Shown here: positions 13,601 to 26,399 of the stretch, piece after piece | Position numbering within the stretch: position 1 is the stretch's first letter | How the letters are laid out: every line of letters starts with the position of its first letter | Assembly (NCBI GenBank): GCA_049999805.1 | Contig: JBNGIO010006320.1 | Coordinates: forward strand, 68,842-132,841 | Direction of reading: 5' to 3' | Source of the DNA: Folioceros fuciformis | Lineage: Eukaryota | DNA: 64,000 nt | Translations under genes and position numbers: made by a program | The notes under the pieces: generated by a model | Told to the model about the DNA's origin: nothing | The model's input: the letters and a program-made list of their open reading frames with translations, nothing else | Database searches by the model: none

Positions 13601-14038
13601 TGTGCTGTGAGAGTGACAGATGCCATCAACACACTCAAGATGGGAAGGTTTGCCCGAAAATTACGCCACTGGCTATCTGAAGCATCCTGCAAACGCAAGG
13701 CACTTCAACTGATCGGCTGGGCACCTTTCCCTCAACATTGTGGAACTTGGAAAGAGTAAGCGTGGCACTGGCATACTCACATTCTTTTGATTGAAGATCC
13801 AACCCCTTTGCAGACCCCTCAACCAGCCAACCTGTGATCCTGATGAGTAATCTGCCACAATGACAAGCACGTCGGTGAGAATGCAACACTTGAACTTGCT
13901 TGAAGAAGATGATTCTGCAATCGAACCTGAGGAAATCCTTGCGCCACGTGAAGCAACTAGAATCTCAAACAACGTTGCATACACCACCAGGAAAGCAAAC
14001 TCCACCGATCTCCACTTCGAGACGAGCTGAGCGGCCAT
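10681..14038 (-). CDS. Membrane-bound O-acyltransferase, GUP1/HHAT-like, multi-exon
   Basis: Exons DASDSQWRNFRANLPIL, YISYLHG, AVAGAVNITGLV, ANLVGFVIG and FYVGTK|IMLYLRE...AD*, with canonical splice sites where checked. Confidence 0.88.
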
Positions 14039-14396
14039 GATATCTGGAGCAGGTTATATTCAGGGGCTCTGAGACTCTTGTATCCGGAGCTGTATATGTA
14101 CCACGCCGACTGAGAAGTCGCAATTTTGGTATTCGCTTCCGTCGCACTTCTGAACCCGATTGCTCAGGCTATGTACGAAGAAAGTCCTGTACTGGCCTAT
14201 GATGACTGCCACTTTCAGAAGGAAGAACAGCAACATTGAAAATGAACATCCCTCGCGTTGTTGCCGAAACCGCGGACAGCTGCTGGTCTTACCTTAAACA
14301 GAATCGCCGCTGTTGTTCACCAAATTGCTCTGTGCGTGGCTAATTTCGGGTTTCAAGTTCCGTGCACTAGCTTCAACAGGGCAAAGCTGGACTATC

Positions 14397-15547
14397 ATGG
14401 TGGACAGGCAAGAATGGGACGGTACAATCTCCGGCGAGCAGTTCAAAACTGCAGCTCTAGATTTTGTGCAGAGTTGGCAGGAGCTTTGCCCTGGAAATTC
14501 CGAGCAGTGGACGTGGCAGGATGCTCCTTCCTCTCTCAGCACGTCTGTAGTTCCTCTGAGTGATGGGGTGAGCGCTTGCGTATGCTGCTTCTTGTGGTGA
14601 AGCATCAGTTCTTCCTACTTCAGCTTGGTGATGCGGCCTAACATGCAGGCCGGAGGGTACCTCGTCCTAGAAGTTGTGGTGATTCCTGGCGCGCGTTTGT
14701 CCGAGGAGGTCTGCCTGGAGCCTTACTTGTCTGAGTTCCGTCAAGCATAGTATAATGTTTAACAGTAACAGAGTGATCCGGACGTTCACTACAGGCCTAT
14801 GCAATTCCGGAAGGCCATGCAGTGGAGACGACTAGCTACAAAGATGAAGCAACAGTGGTATGTTGCCTACCGTATCCACACCATTACAACGCTTGTAGTC
14901 TACGAAGAGGAATCCTTCAACTAACAAAATCTGATGCAGCTTGATGACACAGATTGCCACATCTACACTTTCAACGTTGTCTATAGCGAATCGTACAGAG
15001 TTCCAGTCATGTTTTTTAGAGGGTGTCTCTCTGGTAAGTAGGAGCTGGCAAAGTTGTAGGTGCCCTTCACTCTGTTGTCATTTTCTCGTGACATTTATCG
15101 ATGGCATACGCAGATGGGAGCCCTCTCTCCTGGGATCAAATGAGGAAAGATCTTCCAACAAACATGCAAGACAACTCGGAGAAATCACGTTGGACTTTTG
15201 TGACTCAACAGGTGCAAATACTGGTTGCTCTTGCTCTCTGTGATCTCGAGTGATCCCTGTGTCCAATTCTGAACTGGAAAATGTCTCGTGATTTCATTTC
15301 GCAGGAGCATCCTTACCTGCATAGGCCTTGGTTCACTCTTCACCCTTGCGGCACAGCAGCCCTGTTGGCCCTTGTGCTCGGTGACACACCAGCTATGACA
15401 ATTCCTGATCAAGAAGCTGTTCACAAGTGTAGCCGAGCAGCAAGTAATAGGGAGGGTCTTGAATCACAGTACTTGGCCACATGGTTATCTGTGATTGGCC
15501 CCAACCTAGGCTTAAAAATCCCTCTATCCTGGTTTATGCGGGCGTAG
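14397..15547 (+). CDS. ATG10: Autophagy E2-like conjugating enzyme ATG10, multi-exon
   Basis: WDGTIS, FNVVYSESYRVPVMFF and ISQEHPYLHRPWFTLHPCGT (catalytic HPC), ending WLSVIGPNLGLKIP. Confidence 0.92.
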
Positions 15548-15890
15548 AAGGTTTTGATACGGACAACGATCGACACTGGCGACTAAGTCCCGCCTGGGGG
15601 ATTCAAATTTCGATCCTCTGCCTTATTGCGAAGAGCGTGGTTGCTTTGCTCCATCAGCGTCTGCAACAAAGATATGAGGATTCCTGTGCGTGGCTGTGCG
15701 GACGTTGGAGGGCGATCAATTTGGAATTGAGGAGAGAGCCGTTATGTGCTGCCTCAATCTGGGATCCTACGAGATGGATGGAATAAGCGGGTCTCAGTAG
15801 AGCGCACGGATTTTCGAAACTCGCATTGGAGGAATTGCGGTCGCGGCAGCGAAGGGTGGCCGGCTTTGGTTGAGAAGGCAGATTGCAGCC

Positions 15891-17663
15891 ATGAAAAAGG
15901 GACGGGGCAAGGGGACTCCTCATCCAAGAAAGATCAGAGCACTGCGTGACTTGACAAACCAGCAGATCGACGAGGACCAGGAGGAGGCCAGACTCCGGAT
16001 GGTGGGCAAAGGGAAGGCTAAGGCGAGGGCGAAGGAATCTTCTGATAGTCCATGGGTGCGCTTGAATGCTGTGCACAGACGAGTTTCTGAGACGTTGAAC
16101 AAGGTTGATCCACACGATGCTGCTGTTGCTTACTGAAAGAATCGTTGTCTCTGATCTACCAGTTTAGAGCTGAATGATTTCAAGTGTGAGGTCGGAGTTC
16201 TTGTGGAGGTGCGGGGGTGGAGGTGTGACCAGCCTCTGTCGCGTGTTCCAGATTGATGGCTTGATGGTTTCAGCGCATCGCCTGGGGCTGGGTGGGAAGC
16301 TGAAGGATCACGAAGTGGAAAGCTTCGCCGCAGCGATGAGTGAAGTGGAATCCATTTTGGTGGTAAGATTGGGTGATGCGTTCGTTGGTCGACAGATCTT
16401 GACGGCAGGAATGCTGCCCTTGAAATTGCTTTCGGTGCTATAATGTGCTTGTGTTCGTGGTTCGTTTCCGCAGAATTGGAACTCTTTCCTGAGGTTGGCT
16501 TCGACAAGATCTGACACTCCTCCTCCAGAAAGCCCTACTCTGATGCCAGGGAATGGACTGACAGTAAAGGATGTAATGCCCATTGAGCCTGAACCTGACA
16601 GCGAAACTATGGTTCTGAGTAGTTCTCCTCTGGTTCCGTCATCATACACCATCTCGAGTCCTATGGTCTTCACTCCTCTACCACCTAGAAGATCTAAGCC
16701 CCTGGCTCCAACGCCCCACCCCTCTGTCAGACAGGTATCTCAAAGCCTTGTCTCTGAAGACCGTGTGCTGTCTCCTGTACCAGCAGTGCCTTTGACTCCA
16801 CATTCTGCGGGTGTGTCCCAGGATAAGACAGGCTCTGCTGCATATTTGTCTCAGGATAGCACAGGCTCGTCCTTTTCGTCTCAAATGCTCACTCCCGCCC
16901 TTCCCTCGCCACCGGCTTCTGTGCACCTGTTTCGGTCCGCTATGGGATGTAGTGCTAATGGCACGCTCTCTACACCTTCCAGGTCCTCTAGCATCAGTTC
17001 TGCCGCTGAGTGTATGAGCCCGGGAATGATGACCCCTTTACCTCCGCCAGACTTGTTGCTGAGGTATCCTAGTTTAGGTCAGTCAGTGCAAGCTTCTCTA
17101 CCTAAATGTGCTCCGAGGTCTGAAACTCCTACTGCTGTCAGTCTAAGGTTTTCTAGGTTTTCACCCATTCTGATTACTCCACCGGCTTCCCGCAAGGCAT
17201 TCATAGAGCCTTTCAGTTTGAGGCCTCCTGGGCTTCCCAATGATCACCGACTACGAAGTAAGTTGTTCTCCTTCGTGTGACTCCTCGTGAGCTGCCTGAA
17301 CCCCTATTTAGTCCTGACTGACGTAGTCATCCTTATTTTCGTGCAGGCGATGGGAAACAAAGCCTAGAGGAAGATGAGAGCCCAGCAGACACAGACATCG
17401 TTGACGACTTGACAGCAAGTACTGTAAAGAGGTTAGGTGAGAAAGGCCTTGAAGACGAACTGTGGCTGAGGTTAGAACTAGGAAGTGCTGCTGGTCACAC
17501 TTTCGTGAGGAAACGATCCATAGACGAGGACTCTGGACAGCAAGCACCACCCTGGCATGGTTCTGGCAGGAAGAATCTCAACCAAGACATGGATTCTGAG
17601 TCGTTGCTTTCCCAGCCATTGCAACAGGGACCAACAACCAGTGGTAAAACATCATCACTGTAA
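15891..17663 (+). CDS. Uncharacterised Ser/Pro-rich protein, 4 exons (15891-16103, 16252-16362, 16474-17257, 17347-17663), about 474 aa
   Basis: Four ORF fragments join in frame through GT-AG introns with consistent phases (0,0,1). Confidence 0.7.
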
Positions 17664-18082
17664 TCATTTACTTGTGGGGGCTGGCCATTTCTCAGGTATA
17701 CAACGTTTCTCTACGTGGCACCAAGCACGCACGACTGGTTTGAAAGAAACTAACTTCATCGTGTAGCGTGGCGATTTGAGCCTTTGCGGTATCGTGTAGG
17801 AATGGGGAATGTGGCTCTACATGTCTGGAACGTGTAGGCATCGGGCTCATTCAACTTCAACATCGATAAACTGGTGTCTGAGAGTGAAACTCGCGAACAA
17901 CGTGCGAAGTTCGCTCACCTCCGAATTGCACTTGCCGCAACAAGCAAGTCAGATTCACCTAAAATCGTAAATTGCTACGGGTAGTCTGTCCAAAGAAACA
18001 ATTTGCCTGTGATTGAATTACGGCCGGCACATTGCCAGCCGTTCGAGCCACTGCTTAGCCTGGCCTCACAGGTAAGCTCCTC

Positions 18083-18621
18083 TCAGTCCTCCTCTCGTTC
18101 CGGCGGCAGACCGCATGGGACCAACATTTTCTGCAAGAAATACACCTCGAACGTCAAATACCTATTCCACGTAAAAGACAGCATTAGCAACCCACTAAAG
18201 GAATGTGGTCGCAGAATGACCTGCATGAAATTGTATCGCATGCGACCAACAGACTCGTTCTCTGCCACTGCGAAGTAGGCGAGCAGAGGATCATGCCCCA
18301 CGTACGACGCATAGCTGTCCCGCTGGATATTCACTGCCCATTCACTGCACTCAAACACAAAAACCCTAGGATACTCAAACCCCAGTCCCGCTCAGATGAC
18401 GACAAACATCGGCTTACAGGCAGTTGCCATGCTTACAATCGATTGAGATCCGCATGGCCTGTGCCCACATATTTCGCCTGCAAATGCTCAAGCTGACTGT
18501 TGATATTAAACCTGTCGCTAGCCTGCAGGGGCACTCCAGAATGAGCAACTTGAACTCTCGCATGAACCCGCAATTACTTCCACTGAAATACTGTACATAT
18601 GCCTGTAAGACGCACCTGCAT
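18083..18621 (-). CDS. SF3B5: Splicing factor 3B subunit 5 (SF3b10), 4 coding exons
   Basis: MQ|ASDRFNINSQLEHLQAKYVGTGHADLNRF|EWAVNIQRDSYASYVGH...RYNFMQ|KMLVPCGLPPEREED*. Confidence 0.96.
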
Positions 18622-19152
18622 GATGTCACGATCGAAAGAGGCGTGAGGTTGATGTAGAAGAACTCACAATCTGGACGTCCTAACCACAGACGATCAGAGG
18701 CAATAAAGTGCTGTGAGTCGCATCGGTCTTTGAAAGTTATTGATCTCTTCCAGGCATCTCGGTAATAGTAATGGCTGTTGTCGGACACTGCTGTCCTATC
18801 CTCTGGACTAGGTTAGAAGACAAACGGAAGCACCAAGACGATAAACAGGACACCCCGTCAACGGATCTTGTAACAGGCCAGCCCTTTAACACCTTAAAGA
18901 ACCTTAACACCTTAGAGATTGAATAACGATTATTGAAGTAAAAAACAGGCCCGATATGGTTGTCGTTCTGGGTTAAGGGTGGAGAGCTTCAAACGTCACG
19001 AGCATTATGGAAACGGCCACTATCGAATAATGATCGAAAACCAGTCAGGACGCCAAGGAAACGGAGCTGATTCTGAAATCACATTAGCAATAGAAAACAA
19101 GCTTGTCCACAGCTTCTTGTTGCACGTGATCTGCTGGCGCAGAGCAACAGAG

Positions 19153-20700
19153 ATGGTGGTGCTCGCAGGGCATGTGACCGGCAGGCTCTGTTGGCAGCAG
19201 ACGGCAGCTTATGGGGTGTCCTGCAACACCTCTCTGGCCAAGAGCCTACATTTTTGGGGACTGCAGATTGCCGCTCCGGTTGTGGCTTGCCCCACCAATC
19301 CCACAGGGAGGGTGAGCAGGCACAGACCAGGGCGCTTGTCGATCAGAGCAAGCGCAGGGGCGCGCTACGGTCCTCAACAGCTAGCCAGCCAGGCAATCAG
19401 ACAAGGCATGCAGCTGTTCACGGAGGTGGGAATGCCATCCAGCATCATGCTTGCCGTTCGGGAAGCTCCTAAAGGCTGTGTTGTGCTGCGTGGAACGGAA
19501 GTATGACACCAGATTCTTCCGTGCAGGGGGATGTTGAAGGCTCTCTTGTGGAGTTCGATAGAGCACTGGAGCTGGACCCCTCGCAGAAGCCATGTGTGAG
19601 AACTGAGGCCCTTTCAGTCTGCCCTGCCTCCACATTGCCCTCTTTTTTGTTAATAAGCGTGACTGGTGTTGGTGCAGATTTGTGGCAGCGGGGTTTGTCC
19701 TTGTTCTACTTAGACAGGTAAGCTAAACTAGTGCGCACTGTTTACATGTGCCAACTACTGCTATTGTGCATCTCAGTCCCGAGGTCACGCAGGTTTGAAG
19801 AAGGTGCAACTCAGTTCAGAGACGACGTTGCGGTCAATCCAAACGATACTGAGGAGGTTTACTCGCACTCAGTCCGATGTCCTTTCACTTGTTTTCTTCG
19901 CATGTCCTCCGTCTCAATCTGTGACGCTTTCAATCTGTCATGCATGCCCTGACGGGCGCGTATTTGATTGCTGCCAGTCTATCTGGTGTTACCTATGCGA
20001 GGCTAAAGTGTATGGCACCAGTGAAGCACGCAAGAGGTTCTTGCAGGTACGATCAATATGCCATGTTCACTCCTCCTTTCATGTGCTTTGCTCTCAGGGC
20101 CATCTCATGTGAGGCGCATGATTTCTGTCCATTGCCAGGTTGGCTCAGATAGACGTCCATACATGCGAAAAGCTTATGAGCTCTTCAGAGACGGTGTCAA
20201 CCCGCAGAAAGTGAGACTAGTGGGTGAATTTTGTCCTCCTCTGGGCACCAGATACTAGTTACAGCGATACCGTATTAACTGCCACCGTACTCCTTCCGCC
20301 AGCTTTTAGGGGAAACTGGCTCATCAGATGCACCGGATGCATCTAGCTCATGGTTCTACGCAAAACTATATGCTGGCCTGTATCACGAAAGTGAGGTATT
20401 GCAGTTGTCTTGCTACCTCAACTACGCACAACAAAGAAGCAAGTTCTATGGTGTGGGCTAAGGCGTTTGTCATGCACAGGGTGAGGAGGAAGCTGCCCAG
20501 GCTGCCATCAGTCAAGCAGCTGGCAGTCAATATGCCTTGAGGTTAGTATCTTCGGCACTGCAGCTGCACAATTACTTCTCATGTTTAGGACTCTTATTGT
20601 TCTGTCTGTACGTAGATCCGGTGACTACATGGCCAGTGTGGCCAAAGTGCACTGCAAAGTTCGAGGCTGGGAACCAGAAATAATTTCGACATCAAGTTAA
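19153..20700 (+). CDS. Plastid-targeted TPR-repeat protein, multi-exon
   Basis: Transit-peptide-like N-terminus, then GDVEGSLVEFDRALELDP, LWQRGLSLFYLDRFEEGATQFRDDVAVNPNDTEESIWCYLCEA and DYMASVAKVH. Confidence 0.88.
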
Positions 20701-21086
20701 GATTTAAACTAACCCGAGGTTTCACCAGTTTTTAATAAATATATGCCCATGTGATTTGAACTGGTAACATTATTCTGTCTCTCTGCAGGTAACTACACGG
20801 CGATTGCCATAGCGTTACTGTGTGTAACTGTTCCGCTAGTAATATTGTTATCAAACCAGTAAACTGTCGGAAAGTTTCCCGCTATGAAATTTTAAGCCTC
20901 TTTATTGTATCATATGAAAACAAAACAGGTGAGTGAAAGCCACGCCTGAGAGATGAGTACAAGGGTATGTCACATACTATTCCGCAATAAATTGAAGCAT
21001 AGTAGGTCAGTTTGTGGCTCCACTGAACTTTTCACAGTAACTTCACCTTGACATGTGCATCCATTACATCGGTAGCCACCCACTAT

Positions 21087-21761
21087 CTACTCATTCTGAG
21101 TGACTTCGATGTTTCGTGCTGCGGGGTCTTCGGTCGGCTTCACTTTGGGAATAGTCACCGTGAGAACACCATGCTCCACTGCGGCGCGGATGTCGTCCAC
21201 GTTAGCATTGTCCGGAAGCCGGAACCGGCGCTGGAATTTTCCAGAAGACCGCTCAACCTGGTGCCACTGGTCCTGCTGCTTCGTCTCTTCTTTGGTGCGC
21301 TCACCAGTGATAGTCAGGGTCCGGCCATCTTCCAGCTGCACTTTGATCTCCTCCTTCTTCAAACCTGGTCAGTGCACACAGAGCCGTCAGACCATCAAGA
21401 GAACCAGATCACGCATACCATGCAAACGGGAGACAGAACTTGAAGATAAATCCGACAGCATGCAATCTTGCCACAGAAGAAGCAAGCTACCTAGTCATAC
21501 TTGTCAACCCCGCCATGACGAAAGCGGTTTCAAGAAACCAATGCACCGAGGAAAGAGCGTACCAGGAAGATCAGCCTTAACGACATGTGCTTCGGGGGTT
21601 TCAACCCAATCAACCTTGGTGTTCGCAATGGCGTGCACATCATGAGGGATAGAGGCAACGGCCCAAGGACGATCGAAGATAGTGTCCACAGGATCCCAGA
21701 AGGTGGAGAAGGAGAGGGGGCTCCACACAGATGACCCTCGGCCGAAGGGAGTTAGCGCCAT
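21087..21761 (-). CDS. HSP20: Class I-like cytosolic small heat-shock protein, 2 exons (21761-21563, 21364-21087)
   Basis: MALTPFGRGSSVWSP, ANTKVDWVETPEAHVVKADLP-G|LKKEEIKVQLEDG...WHQVERSSGKFQRRFRLP...GVLTVTIPK...IEV. Confidence 0.95.
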
Positions 21762-21914
21762 CGCTCAAGATTCGTGGATGGAGATGCGTGCGGGTAAGGC
21801 GACTAGCCAACCTGTTATGAGAGGACAGGAACTTCGCGCTGCGCAAGAACGCTAGTGTTCGTGATCGCAGAAAGATGCGTAGAGAAAAGCGAGAGGGGAA
21901 GCTGTGGATCCCGA

Positions 21915-22017
21915 TTTATAATCCTGTCGAGAGAGTCCAGAAAGGCCTACGAGCTTCCTATGCGATCTCCCGAAGCGTCGAGCGACAAGTCTGGACATGG
22001 CTCGAACGCTCCAGAAT
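21915..22017 (-). promoter_or_regulatory. TATA box plus imperfect heat-shock element for the sHSP starting at 21761
   Basis: TTATAAA on the minus strand at about 21915-21921; GAAcgCTCcaGAA at 22004-22016. Confidence 0.55.
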
Positions 22018-22694
22018 GTGGGTGTGTCTCGACGATTTCTTTATCCCGTTTACGGCTTTCGTCGCGTCAGAGCGACGGCGATTAGACAAACTGTTCAGCT
22101 TTCTGAAAAGAAATTCAGTTTTTATTTCACATGTTGAAAAAGATGGTGGCAGTTTGACTGAGGTTTCGGAAATGCTATATTTTATGATTTTATATCTCAA
22201 AATCCTAGTAGAAAGTACCACATTGCTTATGTNNNNNNNNNNNNNNNNNNNNNNNNNNNNNNNNNNNNNNNNNNNNNNNNNNNNNNNNNNNNNNNNNNNN
22301 NNNNNNNNNNNNNNNNNNNNNNNNNNNNNNNNTTACAATCTTCCACGCTTGTAAGGGTAAAGATAAGTGAAATATTTATGATAATAAAGAATTTATTTAT
22401 TCATCACGTTGTGATCGGATGGTAATTAGATACCCATACTCTCTATGGCTAAGATAGATTCATATTCATAATGGCGTTCAAAACTGGACCGATACTCCAC
22501 CCTAACTAAAGAGGAGATCAATTCATTTTCATAAATGGCGTCTAAATCTGGACCAATGCAAATTATGGCGCCCAAAGAACGAATGACCGTTCCTGACGTT
22601 ACGAGACAAACTCGCGAGTCGCCTTAGCCTAGCCGTAGACTTGGACGAGACAAAGACTACGCGCGGAGTCCCAGTCCTAGTGAGTGCAGATCGT

Positions 22695-23550
22695 TCAAAC
22701 GACTTCGATAGTTCTGCTGGCCACGTTTTTCTCCTGCTCCACCACTTTAGAAATTATCACAGTGAGAACTCCATCCTGCAGTTTGGCGGAAATGCTGTCG
22801 AGGTTCGTGTTATATGGGAGCCAGAAGTCTCGAGTAAATCTTCCGGCGATGCGCTCCATCCTGTGCCACTGTGTCTTCTCACCCGCATTAGAATCCCTGA
22901 TGTGTCGGTCTCCCGTAATAGTCAGGACGTGATCTTCTGATAAATGAACTTTAAGATCTTGCTTCGTCACACCTGTTCAACGAACAAATCACATCGATGC
23001 TCAAGAACCTGAAACTTACATGTATCCCCTGGACACTAGAGCAAACATTCACATCAACTTCAACAATCAACCGCAGTTGTGCGAAAAAAACTTGACTCCC
23101 GACACAACAGCCAACCGTAGCTGTGCGACAGCGAACTTGACCCCCGCCGCACAGACAGGCGCAGGGGTGCAGGTCCTCTGGATCCGGATCCGGAGAGCCA
23201 ACAGGCGGCAAGTCAGAGCTCAGATTGTCAGAGTACAATTTCGAGGGGAAAGAACCGACTCCCTAATTTGTTCCAACTTCCGAGAACCATAGGCGCTCAC
23301 CGGGAAGATCAACCTGGAACACATGCTCGCAAGGAGTTTCAGACCAGTCGACATCCACGTTATAAAGAAGGACCGAATCGAATACATCCCAATCGGCGCC
23401 GGCCCGGAAAGCTTCAAGAGAGGCCGTCCGATCCTTGCAACACGTCCTGCACCACTTGGGATGAACCGCTGATGCAAACGGAGGTACAGGCGAAGGTGCA
23501 AACGGAGGAAAAATTGGAGCGCCGAACGGAGGTACATGAGCTTCAGACAT
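22695..23550 (-). CDS. HSP20: Divergent small heat-shock protein with Pro-rich N-terminus, 2 exons (23550-23301, 22972-22695)
   Basis: VDWSETPCEHVFQVDLP-G|VTKQDLKVHL...WHRMERIAGRFTRDFWLP...LQDGVLTV...IEVV*. Confidence 0.88.
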
Positions 23551-23660
23551 GGTCGAAGCAAATGGACAAGAAGACAGCGAACGTGAGCTTCAAGAGCAAA
23601 AGAGACGTATCGCTCGGATTGCGCGACAACGTGGTACCAGTGCCAGGCGCAGCACCTTGT

Positions 23661-23699
23661 AATTTATATTCAGAGTCCGATTAGAAGAAGCTTCTAGGT
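23661..23699 (-). promoter_or_regulatory. TATA box plus heat-shock element for the sHSP starting at 23550
   Basis: ATATAAA on the minus strand at 23663-23669; aGAAgcTTCt at 23686-23695, just upstream of the TATA box. Confidence 0.6.
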
Positions 23700-23936
23700 A
23701 CAGATGACAAGGATACAAGAAGAGTAACGAGAGGCATGCATCCAGGTGGTTAGCAGTAAGCATGGAGACGCATGTAGCCCTCGATGTAGTTTGAGGATAC
23801 CTCCATTAGGTTCGTAAGGTTCTTGATGATAATGAGATCAAGCTGGAAGATTTTTTATTTTATGGGAAATCTTCGTAGTTCAAGAGATAGGCATATAAAT
23901 GTGTATTCATTTGGCCTCCATATTCAACAAGCCTTC

Positions 23937-24070
23937 CTTACTACATACGAGACGAAATGAGGCCTTACTCCAAACGAGACGAAATGAGGCCTTAGTACAA
24001 AGGAGACAAAATGAGGCCTTACTACAACCGAGATAAAATGAGGCCTTACTACATATGAGACGAAATGAGG
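23937..24070. repeat. 27-bp minisatellite, about 5 copies (CTTACTACATACGAGACGAAATGAGGC)
   Basis: Directly visible tandem copies. Confidence 0.9.
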
Positions 24071-24805
24071 ACGAGTAGAGATGTTGCCGTTGAGTTTGCT
24101 AGCAGGCTATTTGGAGGCCTAGGGCCACAATGTGTGTCCCTATTTTGTCTTCCAAGGAAGAGTATCTTATTGAAAGGGAGGTTGAAAACCTATGTATCCT
24201 AAATATATTTTATTTAAAAAGATAAAAAAACTCTCTTTCCCAAACATTTACAAGGAAAAAACCTGGAGAGCATTGAAAGCCAAGAGGAACTAGCCCCACA
24301 ATCCTACAATTGTGTTGCTTTGTAGTTTTTTTCACACTTTCATGTGGCTTTGAGAAGGAGCATGTCACCCACACTTAATTTGCAATAGATTTTGGTAGCT
24401 CTTGCATTTATTTGTGAAGGCTTTTGATCTAACATGTGTTCGCTTTGCAAGCACTATATCACATGCAGACACGCTACGTTGGACTATTTGACATGTATGC
24501 AAGAGCAACATCGGGCAGAAATGTGCAGGACAATGGAAGTGAGGTACTTTCTTGAATCTAGGCGGTGGTACAAACTACCAGCCTTCGAGACCTCGGGGTA
24601 ACTATCAACGTCAAAGGCAATTACAATGGGGAGTACACTTGCATCCATCAGCCGAGGAATCTAAAGAAGAAAGGTGTTTGGTTCGAGAAGGGGATTAATC
24701 GTTGTTTCACCTACAAGAGAACCCTAGCAAGGGATGATAAGGAATTTTGCTCCATCCACTACTACATCAAGTAGAATAGCAATGATTGCCTGCTACCCGA
24801 AGTAG

Positions 24806-24975
24806 CACATTTGCTTCGTCTATTGCTACGTCAAGCGAACAACATTTGCCCCATCCATTGCTACATCAAGTGAACAACATTTGCTCCGTCCACTGCTACA
24901 TCAAGCAACCAACATTTGCCCCGTCCACTGCTACATCAAGCGAACAACATTTGCTTCATTCACTTCTACATCAGG
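24806..24975. repeat. 35-bp minisatellite, about 5 copies (AACATTTGCTCCGTCCACTGCTACATCAAGCGAAC)
   Basis: Directly visible; a degenerate extra copy lies near 24745-24772. Confidence 0.85.
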
Positions 24976-25564
24976 ATGATTTGACTCCTACCTTAAGTAA
25001 TGTTAAAAGTGATTTATTACAATAAATCAAAATAAGTTCATGAAGAGTGCCCTAAACTAGTCTACATGAAAGGTGCCCTAAAAATGAGTTTTCTAAATAA
25101 GGACTAAGAAGCATCTTCTAGATAAAGACAAAGAAGCATCTTGAAGGGGCAAGCCAAAGTCAAGCCCACAAGAGAAGGGGCAAGTCAAGGACCAATAACA
25201 TGGAAGGTCTAGGAGCTTATAAAGGCCTAGCCTACCCAAGGGTACTGCATACTTGTGTGTAGGCTTGTGTGCCATCTTGTTGTACGAATGTGCCTAGAAC
25301 ACTTATGTCCCATATTGTGTGGGAACATTGAATGGCCTCTTTGTAAAGGCCTAGATCCTTGGTTTCCTAACAAGTAGAACAAGGATGATTGACCAAGCTC
25401 CAATAGATCGAAGCGGAATAGGAATGATTTGACTCCTACCTTAAGCAAAATAACGGTGATTGACCAAGCTCCAATAGTTTGAAGTGAAACAGGGATGATC
25501 TGACTCCTACCTTAAGTAGAACAAGGAGGATTGATAAACCCTAAATCCTAAATTCAATAGTTCG

Positions 25565-25850
25565 AAGTGTCTTTGCAACAACCTGGTTAAATTTGGTAGA
25601 CAAGTAATTGGTTAGTTAGTTATGTGAACCCGGTTGCAAGTGTCTTTGCAACAACCTAGTTAATTTTGGTAGACAAGTAATTGGTTAGTTAGTTATCTGA
25701 ACCCGGTTGCAAGTGCCTTTGCAACAACCTGGTTAATTTTGGTAGACAAGTAATTGGTTAGTTGGTTATCTGGACCCGGTTGCAAGTGTCTTTGCAACAA
25801 CCTGGTTAAACAAGTAATTGGTTAGTTGGTTATCTGAACCCGGTTGCAGG
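25565..25850. repeat. 73-bp tandem repeat, about 4 copies
   Basis: Units start at 25565, 25638, 25711 and 25784; the last copy has an internal deletion. Confidence 0.92.
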
Positions 25851-26399
25851 TGTACAATTGATCGATTTGTTATCCAGTACCTGGACCAAACTTGTTTTAC
25901 GTCTTCTAGGTTGCTGCCAATCCTCAATAACTATCCCCATTTCTGATAGCCAATGTTGTCAACCATGCGGATCGCAATAAAAACCCACATTACGTGCTTA
26001 ACCCTTAATGTGAAGAGCTAGTCATTCATGGCTCCAAAGTTGTCCAGTCTCGTTGGTGCGCCCTATGAGGAGCTGGTTATTCCCGGTTGCAGAGCAGGTG
26101 CAGACTCACTAGCCCGATTCCCCCAAGTGGAGTGCCATGACAAGTAGAGGGTGAATTCTTAGCTTTAAACAGATCAATGGGTGAGTGTTTTTCTTCGGGT
26201 GAATTCCATATACCCCATGAACCAAGTAGTAAGAAGAAATTATCTTTGATGATGGGGCAAAAGAAAAAAAAATTATTATACAAAGATGCTCATAGTAAAG
26301 CTACTAATTGAGAGGTTAGTGCTTGGGCTTCTCATCAATTCAGCATGCCAGTTTTTGTGATGACTGTAGGTTGAATTTTTCAAGAAAGGAGATCTGTTT

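Noticed and set aside
23937-25850. CRISPR-like appearance of the 27/35/73-bp repeats
   Set aside because: The units are head-to-tail with no unique spacers, there are no cas genes, and the context is eukaryotic.
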